A stretch of 64,000 bases of DNA from an uncultured Clostridia bacterium (GTDB lineage: Bacteria > Bacillota > Clostridia > Christensenellales > UBA1242): positions 38,917 through 102,916 of the forward strand of contig CAJOLU010000001.1 of NCBI GenBank assembly GCA_905235475.1, written 5' to 3'. Shown here in pieces: positions 18,460 to 27,889 of this stretch. The notes beneath the pieces were generated by a model. That model was not told where the DNA came from, searched no databases, and worked only from the letters and a program-made list of their open reading frames with translations. Both the position numbers and the translations under genes were made by a program. Position 1 is the stretch's first letter; each line of letters starts with the position of its first letter.

Positions 18460-19656
18460 ATGGTTTGGGAAATTTTATTAAACATTTTGGCAATTATTGG
18501 AATTATTGCAGTTAGTGTTGTTTTAATTTTCTTGATTGCAAAACTTGTGATTGTTAGCACAGATAAAAACAAAACTAGAGTTGAATTTTCAGAAAAAGAT
18601 GACAATGGTGTTACAAATTTTGAAGATGAAAATAGGGTTGAAGAAAGAGAACCAGAAAGAAATTTTGAAGAAGTTAAATCTTGGGATGAGGCTCAAGCAG
18701 AAATGGAAAGAACATCTTTATCTCAAAACGATGCCAGCAACAATCTAATTTTTGAAGAAGATCAAAACATTTCAAGAATGGAAAAAGAATTTAATGATAT
18801 GGATGAGGCATTTGATGATGAGGAAGTTGACTATGAAGTTTCAGATGAAGAAATTGAGAGATTAATTAACAAGATTAATGATGAAAGTTTGGCTGAATAT
18901 AACGCAAGTCTAAAAGAAAAAGCTTATGCTGAAGAAATGGCTGAAGCAAAAATTGAAGAAGAAACAGTTGTTGAAGTTGAGGAAGACGAAGAAGAGGAAG
19001 ACGCAGCAGACGAAGAAGGAGAAGAAGATTACTCAATTGAAAAGGCAAATTTAGAGAAAGAAAGAAAAGAACTTGAAAGAGCACAAGCACAAATTGAAGA
19101 AGAAAGAGCAAACCTTGCTGAACAAAAGAAACAACTTGAAGAAGACCTAAAGAGATTGGAAGAACTTAAAAACGAACAAGCAAACGCAGTTATCGTTAGT
19201 GATGTTACATCTCTATATTCAGGCGAAACTTTGGAACAACTTGAAGCAAGACTTGAAGTTTTGAATGAAAGACTTAAAGAAAACAAGAAAGATTTGCGTG
19301 ACAACAAGAAAGAATATAACCCACTTGCAAAAGTTAAGAAAACTCTTGAAAAAGATAAAGCTAAATTAACAAGAAAAGAAGCAATTGTTGCAAGACAAAA
19401 AGTTATTTTATATGGTGTTAACAACTATGTTGACATTGATGAAGAAAAAGCTAAAAAGTTAAATGAAGAATTAGACCTATTAGACGGATTAAGACTATCT
19501 GTTCAACACTGTGAAGATGTTATGAACGCTAACAAAGATAGATTCCCAATCTTAGAGAAAACAAACAAAATTTTAAAGAAAGTTAATGCAGAAATTTTGG
19601 CTGACATTGCTGAAGTTGAAAAAGCTATTGAAGAAAAGAAAAATCAAATTGCTTAA
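18460..19656 (+). CDS. Membrane-anchored, highly acidic coiled-coil protein (hypothetical)
   Basis: 398 aa with an N-terminal TM helix followed by a long Glu/Lys-rich heptad-like sequence. AAGGAG RBS. Starts 27 nt after the tmRNA CCA. Confidence 0.5.
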   Translation: MVWEILLNILAIIGIIAVSVVLIFLIAKLVIVSTDKNKTRVEFSEKDDNGVTNFEDENRVEEREPERNFEEVKSWDEAQAEMERTSLSQNDASNNLIFEEDQNISRMEKEFNDMDEAFDDEEVDYEVSDEEIERLINKINDESLAEYNASLKEKAYAEEMAEAKIEEETVVEVEEDEEEEDAADEEGEEDYSIEKANLEKERKELERAQAQIEEERANLAEQKKQLEEDLKRLEELKNEQANAVIVSDVTSLYSGETLEQLEARLEVLNERLKENKKDLRDNKKEYNPLAKVKKTLEKDKAKLTRKEAIVARQKVILYGVNNYVDIDEEKAKKLNEELDLLDGLRLSVQHCEDVMNANKDRFPILEKTNKILKKVNAEILADIAEVEKAIEEKKNQIA

Positions 19657-19695
19657 CTTATGAAAAAGAAACAAGAAATTGTTTCTTTTTTTATT

Positions 19696-19723
19696 TTGAT
19701 TTTTGAGTATTTTGTGATATTAT
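19696..19723 (+). promoter_or_regulatory. Promoter placed for a leaderless transcript of the patatin gene
   Basis: TTGATT, 16 nt, TGaTATTAT. The -10 ends 6 nt before the ATG at 19730, and there is no SD. Confidence 0.45.
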
Positions 19724-19729
19724 TTATTT

Positions 19730-20713
19730 ATGGGTATAAAGAATTTTTTTAGTAAATTATTTAAAAAGAACCAAAAAGAACCAAAATCCCAATTAAAAAC
19801 TGGAATTGTTTTTAGTGGCGGCGGAGTTAGAGGCCTTGCTTATATTGGAGTTATGAAAGCTTTAAAAGAAGCGGGAATAGAGTTTGATATGGCGGCTGGG
19901 ACATCGATTGGTTCTTTTATTGCTGCAATGTATGCGGCAGATATTCCAATTGAAGAAATGGAACAAAAAGCGCTTACAATCAGGCAAAAAGATTTTCATA
20001 ATTCAAAGTTTTTTATTCTTCCAAGCAAAACCGATGCTTTTGAGCGTATTATTGCAGATACGCTAAAAGGTTATAATTTTGAAAACCTAAAAAAGCCATT
20101 ATGTGTTGTTGCTGTTGATGTGAAAACTGGTAAGGAAGAACACATTAGAGAAGGTGATTTGGTTAAGGCAATAGCGGGTTCTTGTGCTGTTCCTGGATAT
20201 TTTGACCCAGTGGATTTTGGAGAAAAACGTTTGGTTGATGGAGGACTTGTAAACAACATTCCTGCTGATGCATTGAGAGAAATGGGGGCAGATATTGTTG
20301 TTTCTCTAGACATAAATCCAAATAGAGGTTTTGGAACAGATAGCACCAGAATAACCGATCTTTTAAAGGCATCTCTTAGAATTATGATGACATCAAATGC
20401 TGTTAATGGTTATATTCATTCGGACTATATCATAAAAATAGACTTAGATGAATTTAGTCAACTTAAAATAACAAACACACAAGAGTTAATAAATAGAGGT
20501 TATGAAGCAACAAAAAAAGTGTTGCCAAATATCTTTGAGGTTTTAAACAAAGAAGAAGCAGACAGAAACATAAAAAGGGCAAGCAAAAAGTTGGCTGCAA
20601 TAAAAAAACAAAGTGACAAGTTAGACAAAATGACAAAAAGTTTGTCAAGAAAAGAAAAATGGGAGTACGCTCAAATTGGGGAAAAAACAAGAAAAGAAAA
20701 AGAAGATAATTAA
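19730..20713 (+). CDS. Patatin-like phospholipase
   Basis: GGGVRG oxyanion motif, GTSIGS nucleophile elbow, DGG catalytic Asp motif, and a Lys-rich C-terminal tail. Confidence 0.8.
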   Translation: MGIKNFFSKLFKKNQKEPKSQLKTGIVFSGGGVRGLAYIGVMKALKEAGIEFDMAAGTSIGSFIAAMYAADIPIEEMEQKALTIRQKDFHNSKFFILPSKTDAFERIIADTLKGYNFENLKKPLCVVAVDVKTGKEEHIREGDLVKAIAGSCAVPGYFDPVDFGEKRLVDGGLVNNIPADALREMGADIVVSLDINPNRGFGTDSTRITDLLKASLRIMMTSNAVNGYIHSDYIIKIDLDEFSQLKITNTQELINRGYEATKKVLPNIFEVLNKEEADRNIKRASKKLAAIKKQSDKLDKMTKSLSRKEKWEYAQIGEKTRKEKEDN

Positions 20714-21890
20714 ATATAAAGTAATAATATTTTTTATTATTTGCATTGCTGTGTTGGCAACTCTTCCTTTTAGTGCTTTGATTGAAAGCAAAATAAATGC
20801 CAAGCAAACACAAAACATAGGCGACTTTGCAACGCTCATTGAAAAAGATTGCGTTGTTCATGTTATTGATGTTGGGTGTGCTGATTGCATAGCATTAGAA
20901 TTGCCAGATGGCAAAAAGGGACTTGTTGACTTTGGAACCGACACAAACTCAAAGGTCACAAAAAGTTATAGGGAAAATGCGGTAAACTATATTAAGGAAT
21001 ATGTGTTTGATGGTGCAACAACTGGAACTTTGGATTTTGTTGTTATGACCCACCCAGATGCAGACCATTATAACAACTATGAATTAATTTTTGATACTTT
21101 TCAAATAAACAAAGTGTATAGACCACCAGTTTTTTATAGTAAAGATAATGACACTCAAACCCAAAATGAAATTAATAGGGCAAAAGAATTGGGCGTTTTA
21201 GATAGCGACAAAACTTCATTCAATTCAAACGAGTTCTACACAATTAGCACAAACTTATATTCAAAGTGTTTAGACAAAATTTATGCTGAACCAGATTGTG
21301 AGGTTGTTTTAACAATGGGGGCTGCTGATATTGTTTCTTCAGATTCAACAAAACCATACACAATAAGTTTTTATGGACCACGATACACTCGTTATGCATC
21401 GAACAATAACAATAACTCTTTTTCTGCTGTGATGAGCCTTGAATATAAAGGGCATTCCATAATGCTCACGGGAGATGCAACAAAAGAAGAGGAAAAAGAT
21501 TTGTTAGATAATTGCACGCTGCCCGAAGTTGATGTGTTAAAGGTTGCACATCATGGAAGTAACACAAGTTCTTCAGTCAATTTTTTGAATCAAATTAAAC
21601 CAAAATATGCATTAATTAGCACAAGAACAGATACAAATAACTATGGTTTGCCAAAGGATGAAATTTTGCAAAGATTGGTGTCTTGTGGTATTAGTGAAGA
21701 CAAGATTCTACAAACGCAAAAAAGTGGTAATTTGGTTTTTGCTATTGATAGTGAAAATATGTATATTGGTGCAACAACAGAGGTTGTGATTGCCAAAATT
21801 AAATGGTGGTATGTGTGTGCTGGAATTATTGTTTTGAGTGGTTCTATTATATTTGGTATTAATGTAAATTCAAATAAACGCAAAAAATAA
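20676..21890 (+). CDS. ComEC/Rec2-related metallo-beta-lactamase-fold protein, membrane anchored
   Basis: HPDADH and KVAHHGS motifs with N- and C-terminal TM segments. Putative TTG start overlaps the previous gene by 38 nt, so the start is uncertain. Confidence 0.65.
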   Translation: MGKKQEKKKKIIKYKVIIFFIICIAVLATLPFSALIESKINAKQTQNIGDFATLIEKDCVVHVIDVGCADCIALELPDGKKGLVDFGTDTNSKVTKSYRENAVNYIKEYVFDGATTGTLDFVVMTHPDADHYNNYELIFDTFQINKVYRPPVFYSKDNDTQTQNEINRAKELGVLDSDKTSFNSNEFYTISTNLYSKCLDKIYAEPDCEVVLTMGAADIVSSDSTKPYTISFYGPRYTRYASNNNNNSFSAVMSLEYKGHSIMLTGDATKEEEKDLLDNCTLPEVDVLKVAHHGSNTSSSVNFLNQIKPKYALISTRTDTNNYGLPKDEILQRLVSCGISEDKILQTQKSGNLVFAIDSENMYIGATTEVVIAKIKWWYVCAGIIVLSGSIIFGINVNSNKRKK

Positions 21891-21959
21891 TCAAATTAAA
21901 TTAATTTTATTGAAAAAAAATAAAAGAAGTGATATTATTATACTGTAGGTGAGGTGAAA

Positions 21960-22490
21960 ATGAAAACAAACATAACATTTTATTGTTTGCTTGAGGGGTT
22001 TAGCAAGGACATTGGAAAAATGCTTTGCGACAAACTTGATATGTTTTTTGTTGATGTTGAAGATATGATTGACTTTGAGCTTGGCGACACTAATCACATC
22101 TTGAAAGTTCTTGGCGACAAGGAAGGCAAAAAATATATGAAAGAAACAGAAGCCAAGGTTGTGAAAAGAGTTGCAAGTTTTGAAAACACACTGGTTTGCG
22201 TTAAGCCAACCACTCTTTTTAGTAATCGAAATTATGATAGATTAAAGAAAACAAGTTATTTAGTTTATCTCCAAATTTCACCAAAATATTTGTCTAAAAT
22301 TGCAGAGGAATCAAAAGATATTGTAGATGAAAAAATGCTCACTATTGCATTTACAGAAAAAGACAAAATGTATGTTGACAGTGCTGATATGGTTGTTAAT
22401 TGCAGTGCACTAAAAGAAAAGAGAGCGGTTAAAAAAGTTATGTCCACAATAAACAAATTTTTTAAGAAAAGCAAAAAAGAAGAGAAATAA
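21960..22490 (+). CDS. Shikimate-kinase-like protein with a degenerate P-loop
   Basis: Aligns by eye to AroK (NIFLVGPMGAGKSTIGR.LA..L...F.D.D..IE). The Walker A site reads CLLEGFSKD and the GGG lid motif reads KPT. Confidence 0.45.
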   Translation: MKTNITFYCLLEGFSKDIGKMLCDKLDMFFVDVEDMIDFELGDTNHILKVLGDKEGKKYMKETEAKVVKRVASFENTLVCVKPTTLFSNRNYDRLKKTSYLVYLQISPKYLSKIAEESKDIVDEKMLTIAFTEKDKMYVDSADMVVNCSALKEKRAVKKVMSTINKFFKKSKKEEK

Positions 22491-22551
22491 TCTTCTTTTT
22501 TATTTTTATTTTTATTTATTATTTGTTATAATACTTTAAAAGAGGTGGAAA

Positions 22552-24504
22552 ATGATTGAAGAAAAAGTTGTTAACACAATAAGGAAACTTGCTCTTGATG
22601 AAATTGCAGAAGCAAATTCTGGGCATCCAGGAATAGCCTTGGGGATTGCTCCAATGCTTTTTGCAACATATAAGAATGCAAAAATCAATCCAAAGGATTC
22701 TAATTGGTTTAATAGAGATAGAATTGTTATGTCTTGTGGGCACGGAAGCAGTGTTTTATATTCCACACTTTTTGCTTTTGGTTATAAAATTGAATTAGAA
22801 GATTTGAAAAGTTTTAGAAAACTTGGGTCTTTAACTCCAGGGCACCCCGAACATGATGTGACCGATGGTGTTGATGCGTCAACTGGAGCGTTGGGTCAAG
22901 GTTTTGCAACAGCGGTTGGAATGGCTTTGGCAGAAAGTCACATTTCAGCGAAGTTTAATAAAGATGGTTTGCCACTTTGTGATCACTTTACTTTTGTTTT
23001 GTGTGGTGACGGCGATTTAATGGAGGGCATAAGTTATGAGGCGATGAATATTGCTGGAAAGTTTAAACTTAACAAACTTATTGCACTTTATGATAATAAT
23101 GGCATAACTATGACAGATGAAATGAATTTGATTTCTTGTGAAGACACGGCAAAAAGGTTTGAAAGTGCTGGTTGGAATGTTCTAAAAGTTTTGGATGGAG
23201 AAAATTATTTAGAAATAGAAAAAGCAATCAAAGAAGCAAAGAAAAGCAAAACGAAACCAACAATAATTATTTGTAACACCATAATTGGTTACAAAAGCAA
23301 ATTAGCAGGTTTGTCAAAATGCCACGGCAAACCATTCACAAAAGAGGAAACAGCAGAAATATGTCAAAACTTGGGCGTTAGCACCATTCCTTTTGAAATA
23401 GAAGGCGATGTGAAAAAATATATGGAAAAATTGCCAAAAATGAATGAAAAAGCATATTCAAAATGGCAAGAAATTGAAAAGGAATATAAACAAAAGTATA
23501 AAAAAGAATATAAAACCCTTTTTAACTCTTGGCAAGAAAAAATTAATATTGTTGATAAATTAAAATTTAAAAATGATGTGTCAACAAGAGAGGCAAGTGG
23601 AATTATTCTAAACAAACTTGCAGAGAAGGAAAACAACTTGTTTGGAGGTGGGGCAGATGTTGCACAGTCCACAATGGCATATATTAATGCTGGAAATAAC
23701 TTCTCTGCAAACAATAGAGCAGCACAAAACATTCCATATGGAATAAGAGAGCACGCAATGTCTGCTATTGTCAATGGAATTGCTCTTCACACTGGTCTTC
23801 AAACATTTGCATCAACATTTTTAATTTTTTCAGATTATATGAAATATGGCATAAGGCAAAGTGCTTTAATGAACTTGCCCGTTTGGTATATATTGTCACA
23901 CGATAGTATATATATTGGTGAAGATGGTCCAAGCCATCAGCCAATTGAACAAACAGCTGGTTTAAGGCTTGTTCCAAACCTTAATGTAATAAGACCAGCT
24001 GACGCAAATGAAACAAAACAAGCCTACATTATGGCAATAAAGTCATCAAAGCCAACAGCATTTATTTTAAGTAGGCAAAAACTTCCACTAATTAATGCTG
24101 AAAATATTGAAGATGCGCAAAAAGGTGGATATATTGTTTCCAAAGAAAGCAAAAAACTTGATGCAATTTTAATTGCTTCTGGAAGTGAAGTTAGCCTTTG
24201 CTTGGAAGCAAAAGAAAAATTAAAGGCATCTGGTGTTGATGTTAGAGTTGTTAGTATGCCTTGCATAGAAGAGTTTTTAAGGCAAGACAAAGCATATCAA
24301 AACAAAGTTCTTCCAAAAAGTTGCAATAAAAGAGTTTGTGTTGATGTTGGTGTTTGCGAACCTTGGTTTAAGTTTGTTCAACATGGTGGAAACGTTATGG
24401 GAATTAACTTTTTTGGAGAAAGTGGCAACGGGAATGAAGTGGCATCACTTTTTGGAATCACTTGTGATATGATTGTTAAAAATGTTAAAAAATTAATAAA
24501 ATAA
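22552..24504 (+). CDS. tkt: Transketolase
   Basis: 650 aa; SGHPG, GDGDLMEG and GEDGPSHQP motifs. Confidence 0.9.
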   Translation: MIEEKVVNTIRKLALDEIAEANSGHPGIALGIAPMLFATYKNAKINPKDSNWFNRDRIVMSCGHGSSVLYSTLFAFGYKIELEDLKSFRKLGSLTPGHPEHDVTDGVDASTGALGQGFATAVGMALAESHISAKFNKDGLPLCDHFTFVLCGDGDLMEGISYEAMNIAGKFKLNKLIALYDNNGITMTDEMNLISCEDTAKRFESAGWNVLKVLDGENYLEIEKAIKEAKKSKTKPTIIICNTIIGYKSKLAGLSKCHGKPFTKEETAEICQNLGVSTIPFEIEGDVKKYMEKLPKMNEKAYSKWQEIEKEYKQKYKKEYKTLFNSWQEKINIVDKLKFKNDVSTREASGIILNKLAEKENNLFGGGADVAQSTMAYINAGNNFSANNRAAQNIPYGIREHAMSAIVNGIALHTGLQTFASTFLIFSDYMKYGIRQSALMNLPVWYILSHDSIYIGEDGPSHQPIEQTAGLRLVPNLNVIRPADANETKQAYIMAIKSSKPTAFILSRQKLPLINAENIEDAQKGGYIVSKESKKLDAILIASGSEVSLCLEAKEKLKASGVDVRVVSMPCIEEFLRQDKAYQNKVLPKSCNKRVCVDVGVCEPWFKFVQHGGNVMGINFFGESGNGNEVASLFGITCDMIVKNVKKLIK

Positions 24505-24520
24505 GTTATATTTTTTTGTA

Positions 24521-24552
24521 AAAAAGCACTAAAAATAAATAGTGCTTTTTTT
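24521..24552 (+). terminator. Rho-independent terminator after tkt
   Basis: AAAAAGCACT / AGTGCTTTTT stem followed by a T-run. Confidence 0.65.
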
Positions 24553-24601
24553 GTTTAAAAAAAATATAAAAGTTAATAATTTAATAAATGTGAGGTGAAA
24601 A

Positions 24602-24844
24602 ATGAAAGAACCACAGACAAGCCTTGAAGATGTTAAAAGCCAAATTTTAATGCTAAAAGGCAAAGGGGTTGAAATGCAAATCAATCACGGCAGAAAGAAA
24701 ATAAGAAAGTATAGCGGGGTTATTGAAGATGTTTATCACTCCGTTTTTGTAGTTAAACTTGACAACGCACTTGCAAATGAAAAAGTGTCTTATTCATATA
24801 GTGATATTTTGTGCGGAGATGTAAAAATCGCGGCTAAACATTAA
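24602..24844 (+). CDS. veg: Veg family protein
   Basis: 80 aa; the pattern G.R....G.I...Y.S.F.V is typical of Veg. Confidence 0.75.
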   Translation: MKEPQTSLEDVKSQILMLKGKGVEMQINHGRKKIRKYSGVIEDVYHSVFVVKLDNALANEKVSYSYSDILCGDVKIAAKH

Positions 24845-24918
24845 AATTTTTGCATTATAGTTATATTTTTTTTGCACCTTTAATATAAATAATGTAGTTT
24901 ATTTTTGGAGGGAGCAAA

Positions 24919-26451
24919 ATGGCGTTAGAACCACAAATTAAAGAAATTGAGATAAAAACAAACAAAAAACTAGAAAGTGTGAAAACAACAGTTCAAGTGC
25001 AATTAAACACAAATGGAGAAAAAATAGATAAAGTTTTGTTTGCAAAAAGTTTGGCAAATATTGAAAAAGTGGTGGTTAGCCACAACAACATTCAAATTGA
25101 TGGAATTGTTAATTCTTATTCTTTGGTAAGAGTTGATGGAGGAGAAATTGTTGAACTTAGAAAACAAACAAATTTTTCTTGTAATCAAGTTTGCGCAAAT
25201 GTTGAAGATGGTGCAAAGGTTTTAGTTATTCCAAATGTGTTGGGTGCAGAAAACTTAAATGCACAGGAAATAACACTTTCTTTTTCACAAGAAATTTGTT
25301 TAGCTATTTTTGTTTGTGAAAAACAAAAAATTCAATATGTTGAAGAAATCAACCATGCCAATCAAAAAATTGGAACAATTAAATATCAAAACATAAATGG
25401 ATTTTCAACGGAGAATTTTGAAATAACCACTGAAATTGATTTACCATCTTCAATTTCAAAAATTCTCACTTGTGAATGTGAAACAAACATAAAAGATTCT
25501 GTTTGCTCAAAAGATATTTTAACAGTTAACGGAGATGTTCAAACAAACTTAATTTATCTAACAAATGATGATGTGCCAAAAGTAAAAAATCAAACTTATT
25601 CTTCTGAATTTCATCAAGAGATTCTTTTGAATGGAGTTGATGAGCAAGATGTGGCAACTGTTATGTTAAACACAGCAGAAAGCAATTATGATGTTGATGG
25701 CGAAATGAGTGGCAAAGGCGTTTTGGAAATAAAAAACAAAATCAATGCTTGTGTTGTGACAAGAAGGCCTTATGAGATTAAGTGTATGTTTGATGCTTTT
25801 TGTCCACGAAAAGAATTAAATATGGAATATTCAAGTTTTCAAACTGAAAATGTTGTTTTAAACAAAAATTTTAATGATAAAGTTGATGGAAATTTTGTGC
25901 TTGATGGAGATAATCAAATTGATAGAATTATTTTTTGCACAAAAGGAGAAGCCAAAGTGTTGGGCGTTCAAAAATCTCAAGATGACATTGTTGTTAAAGG
26001 GGAGGTTGGAGTTTTTGTTGTTTATGCTTTAGACGATGAACAAAACACTTTGCAATCTGTGAATATTATGGTTCCGTTTGAATGTAAGTGTGGGTGTGAT
26101 GTTGATGTTTGTGCAGACAAAATTTTTGCAAGCGTTAAAATAAAAGACATTGATGCCAGAAACAAAAGGGCAAAAGAGATTGATGTGTTAACAGAACTTA
26201 ATATCTGCGTTATTGCACTAAATAAATGTGATGAGGTTGTTGTTTGTGGCATTAGTGTTGGGGAAGATAGGAAACAAGACTTATGTTCTATGGGAATTTA
26301 TGTTATAGACAAAGCCACAGATTGTTGGGAGGTTGCAAAGAAACTTTTGGTAAATCCAGATGTTTTAATGAGCCAAAACAAAGATTTAACTTTTCCAATT
26401 GAAAAGCCAACTCAAATAATTGTCTATAGACAAAGAGTTATAAATAATTGA
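24919..26451 (+). CDS. SipL/SpoVID-like spore morphogenetic protein candidate (DUF3794-type repeats plus a degenerate C-terminal LysM-like segment)
   Basis: 510 aa with repeated beta-rich modules. The C-terminal YVIDKATDCWEVAKKLLVNPDVLMSQNKDL resembles LysM. Sits in a veg-adjacent, spoIIR-adjacent context. Confidence 0.45.
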   Translation: MALEPQIKEIEIKTNKKLESVKTTVQVQLNTNGEKIDKVLFAKSLANIEKVVVSHNNIQIDGIVNSYSLVRVDGGEIVELRKQTNFSCNQVCANVEDGAKVLVIPNVLGAENLNAQEITLSFSQEICLAIFVCEKQKIQYVEEINHANQKIGTIKYQNINGFSTENFEITTEIDLPSSISKILTCECETNIKDSVCSKDILTVNGDVQTNLIYLTNDDVPKVKNQTYSSEFHQEILLNGVDEQDVATVMLNTAESNYDVDGEMSGKGVLEIKNKINACVVTRRPYEIKCMFDAFCPRKELNMEYSSFQTENVVLNKNFNDKVDGNFVLDGDNQIDRIIFCTKGEAKVLGVQKSQDDIVVKGEVGVFVVYALDDEQNTLQSVNIMVPFECKCGCDVDVCADKIFASVKIKDIDARNKRAKEIDVLTELNICVIALNKCDEVVVCGISVGEDRKQDLCSMGIYVIDKATDCWEVAKKLLVNPDVLMSQNKDLTFPIEKPTQIIVYRQRVINN

Positions 26452-26569
26452 TTTTGCAAAAAATTCATATTAAAAAACACTAAAAAGTTTAATTTTTTGG
26501 TGTTTTTTTATTTATTTTATGTTTAGATGCTGTGTTTTTTGCCAATTATTTGAGTGTTGGAGAAGAAAT

Positions 26570-27112
26570 ATGAAGGTAAAAAATTTTTTTATTATTTGTG
26601 CAATGTGTTTTGTTTTTGTTTCAATGTTTGCATTTTTGCCACAAAAAAGTGGCGAAGCACTTTCAAGTGATTATTTAAGAATACATATAAGAGCAAACAG
26701 CAACACACAAATAGACCAAGAGGTTAAATATAAAGTTAAAGATGAAATTGTTAAAGTGTTAACACCACTTTTATGTTCTGTTGGCTCAAAAGAAGAGGCT
26801 ATAAAAGTTGTTGATGAAAACATAGACCTAATCACAAGAACGGCAGATTGTGTTTTGGAAGAAAACAATTTTTCTTATAAATCAAAAGCGGGAATTAGAA
26901 GTGAGTTTTTTCCAACTAGAAGTTATGGCGAACTAACACTAAACAGTGATGTTTATGATGCACTTATTATAGAACTTGGAAATGGAACGGGAGATAACTG
27001 GTGGTGCGTGGTGTATCCGCCAATGTGTTTTGTTCCAAGCGAAGGAGATGGGGAAGAGGTTATTTATAAATCAAAAATTTTGGAAGTGATTAAAAACTTT
27101 TTCAATAAATAG
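26570..27112 (+). CDS. spoIIR: Stage II sporulation protein R
   Basis: LRIHIRANSN and GDNWWCVVYPP motifs with a signal anchor. Start moved to the internal ATG, downstream of a terminator. Confidence 0.85.
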   Translation: MKVKNFFIICAMCFVFVSMFAFLPQKSGEALSSDYLRIHIRANSNTQIDQEVKYKVKDEIVKVLTPLLCSVGSKEEAIKVVDENIDLITRTADCVLEENNFSYKSKAGIRSEFFPTRSYGELTLNSDVYDALIIELGNGTGDNWWCVVYPPMCFVPSEGDGEEVIYKSKILEVIKNFFNK

Positions 27113-27167
27113 TAAATATTATTTTGCGTTTTGAACAAAATAAACAAAAATCAAAAAGGAGTTCAAG

Positions 27168-27872
27168 ATGGCAAAAAACAAGTTATTAAAAAGTTTTAAT
27201 ATTTTGCTCGCGTTTTTTTGTTTGACACTTGTTGTTGGATTTTGTTTTGTTGGAATAAATGAAAATTATTCTATGGAAACAAATATATCTGTTGAAGCAG
27301 CATTAACAAACCAACAAGTTAAAACGGTTCAAACAAAACTAAAAAATTGGGGATATTACACAGGCGCTGTTGATGGGATTTATGGTCCAAAAACAAAAAC
27401 AGCAGTGAAAAATTTTCAAAAGAAAAATGGTTTAACAGTTGATGGAATTGTTGGTCCAAAAACTGCTGCTGCTTTGGGTATGAGTTTAGGTTCAACCACA
27501 AAAAGCACCAGTAGTTCTAATAATAATGATGTATATCTTTTGGCGAAGTGCATTTATGCAGAGGCTAGAGGAGAGCCATATGCTGGTCAGGTGGCAATTG
27601 GGGCTGTTGTGTTAAATAGGGTGGCAAGTTCAAAATTCCCAAACACAATTTCAGGGGTGATTTATCAACCATATGCTTTCACGGCGGTTAGCGATGGTCA
27701 AATTAACTTGGAGCCAAACCAGTCTGCCTATAATGCTGCACGAGATGCTTTAAATGGTTGGGACCCAACATATGGGGCACTTTATTATTATAATCCAAAA
27801 ACAGCCACAAGTTCTTGGATATGGTCTAGAACAGTTTTGGTAACAATTGGAAACCACAAATTTGCAATCTAA
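27168..27872 (+). CDS. sleB: Spore cortex-lytic enzyme, SleB-like (PG-binding domain plus Hydrolase_2 domain)
   Basis: GYYTG.VDGIYG..T..AV..FQ PG_binding_1 repeat, then AEARGEPY.GQVAIGAVVLNR. Confidence 0.8.
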   Translation: MAKNKLLKSFNILLAFFCLTLVVGFCFVGINENYSMETNISVEAALTNQQVKTVQTKLKNWGYYTGAVDGIYGPKTKTAVKNFQKKNGLTVDGIVGPKTAAALGMSLGSTTKSTSSSNNNDVYLLAKCIYAEARGEPYAGQVAIGAVVLNRVASSKFPNTISGVIYQPYAFTAVSDGQINLEPNQSAYNAARDALNGWDPTYGALYYYNPKTATSSWIWSRTVLVTIGNHKFAI

Positions 27873-27889
27873 AAGGGGGGTAATAGAAA

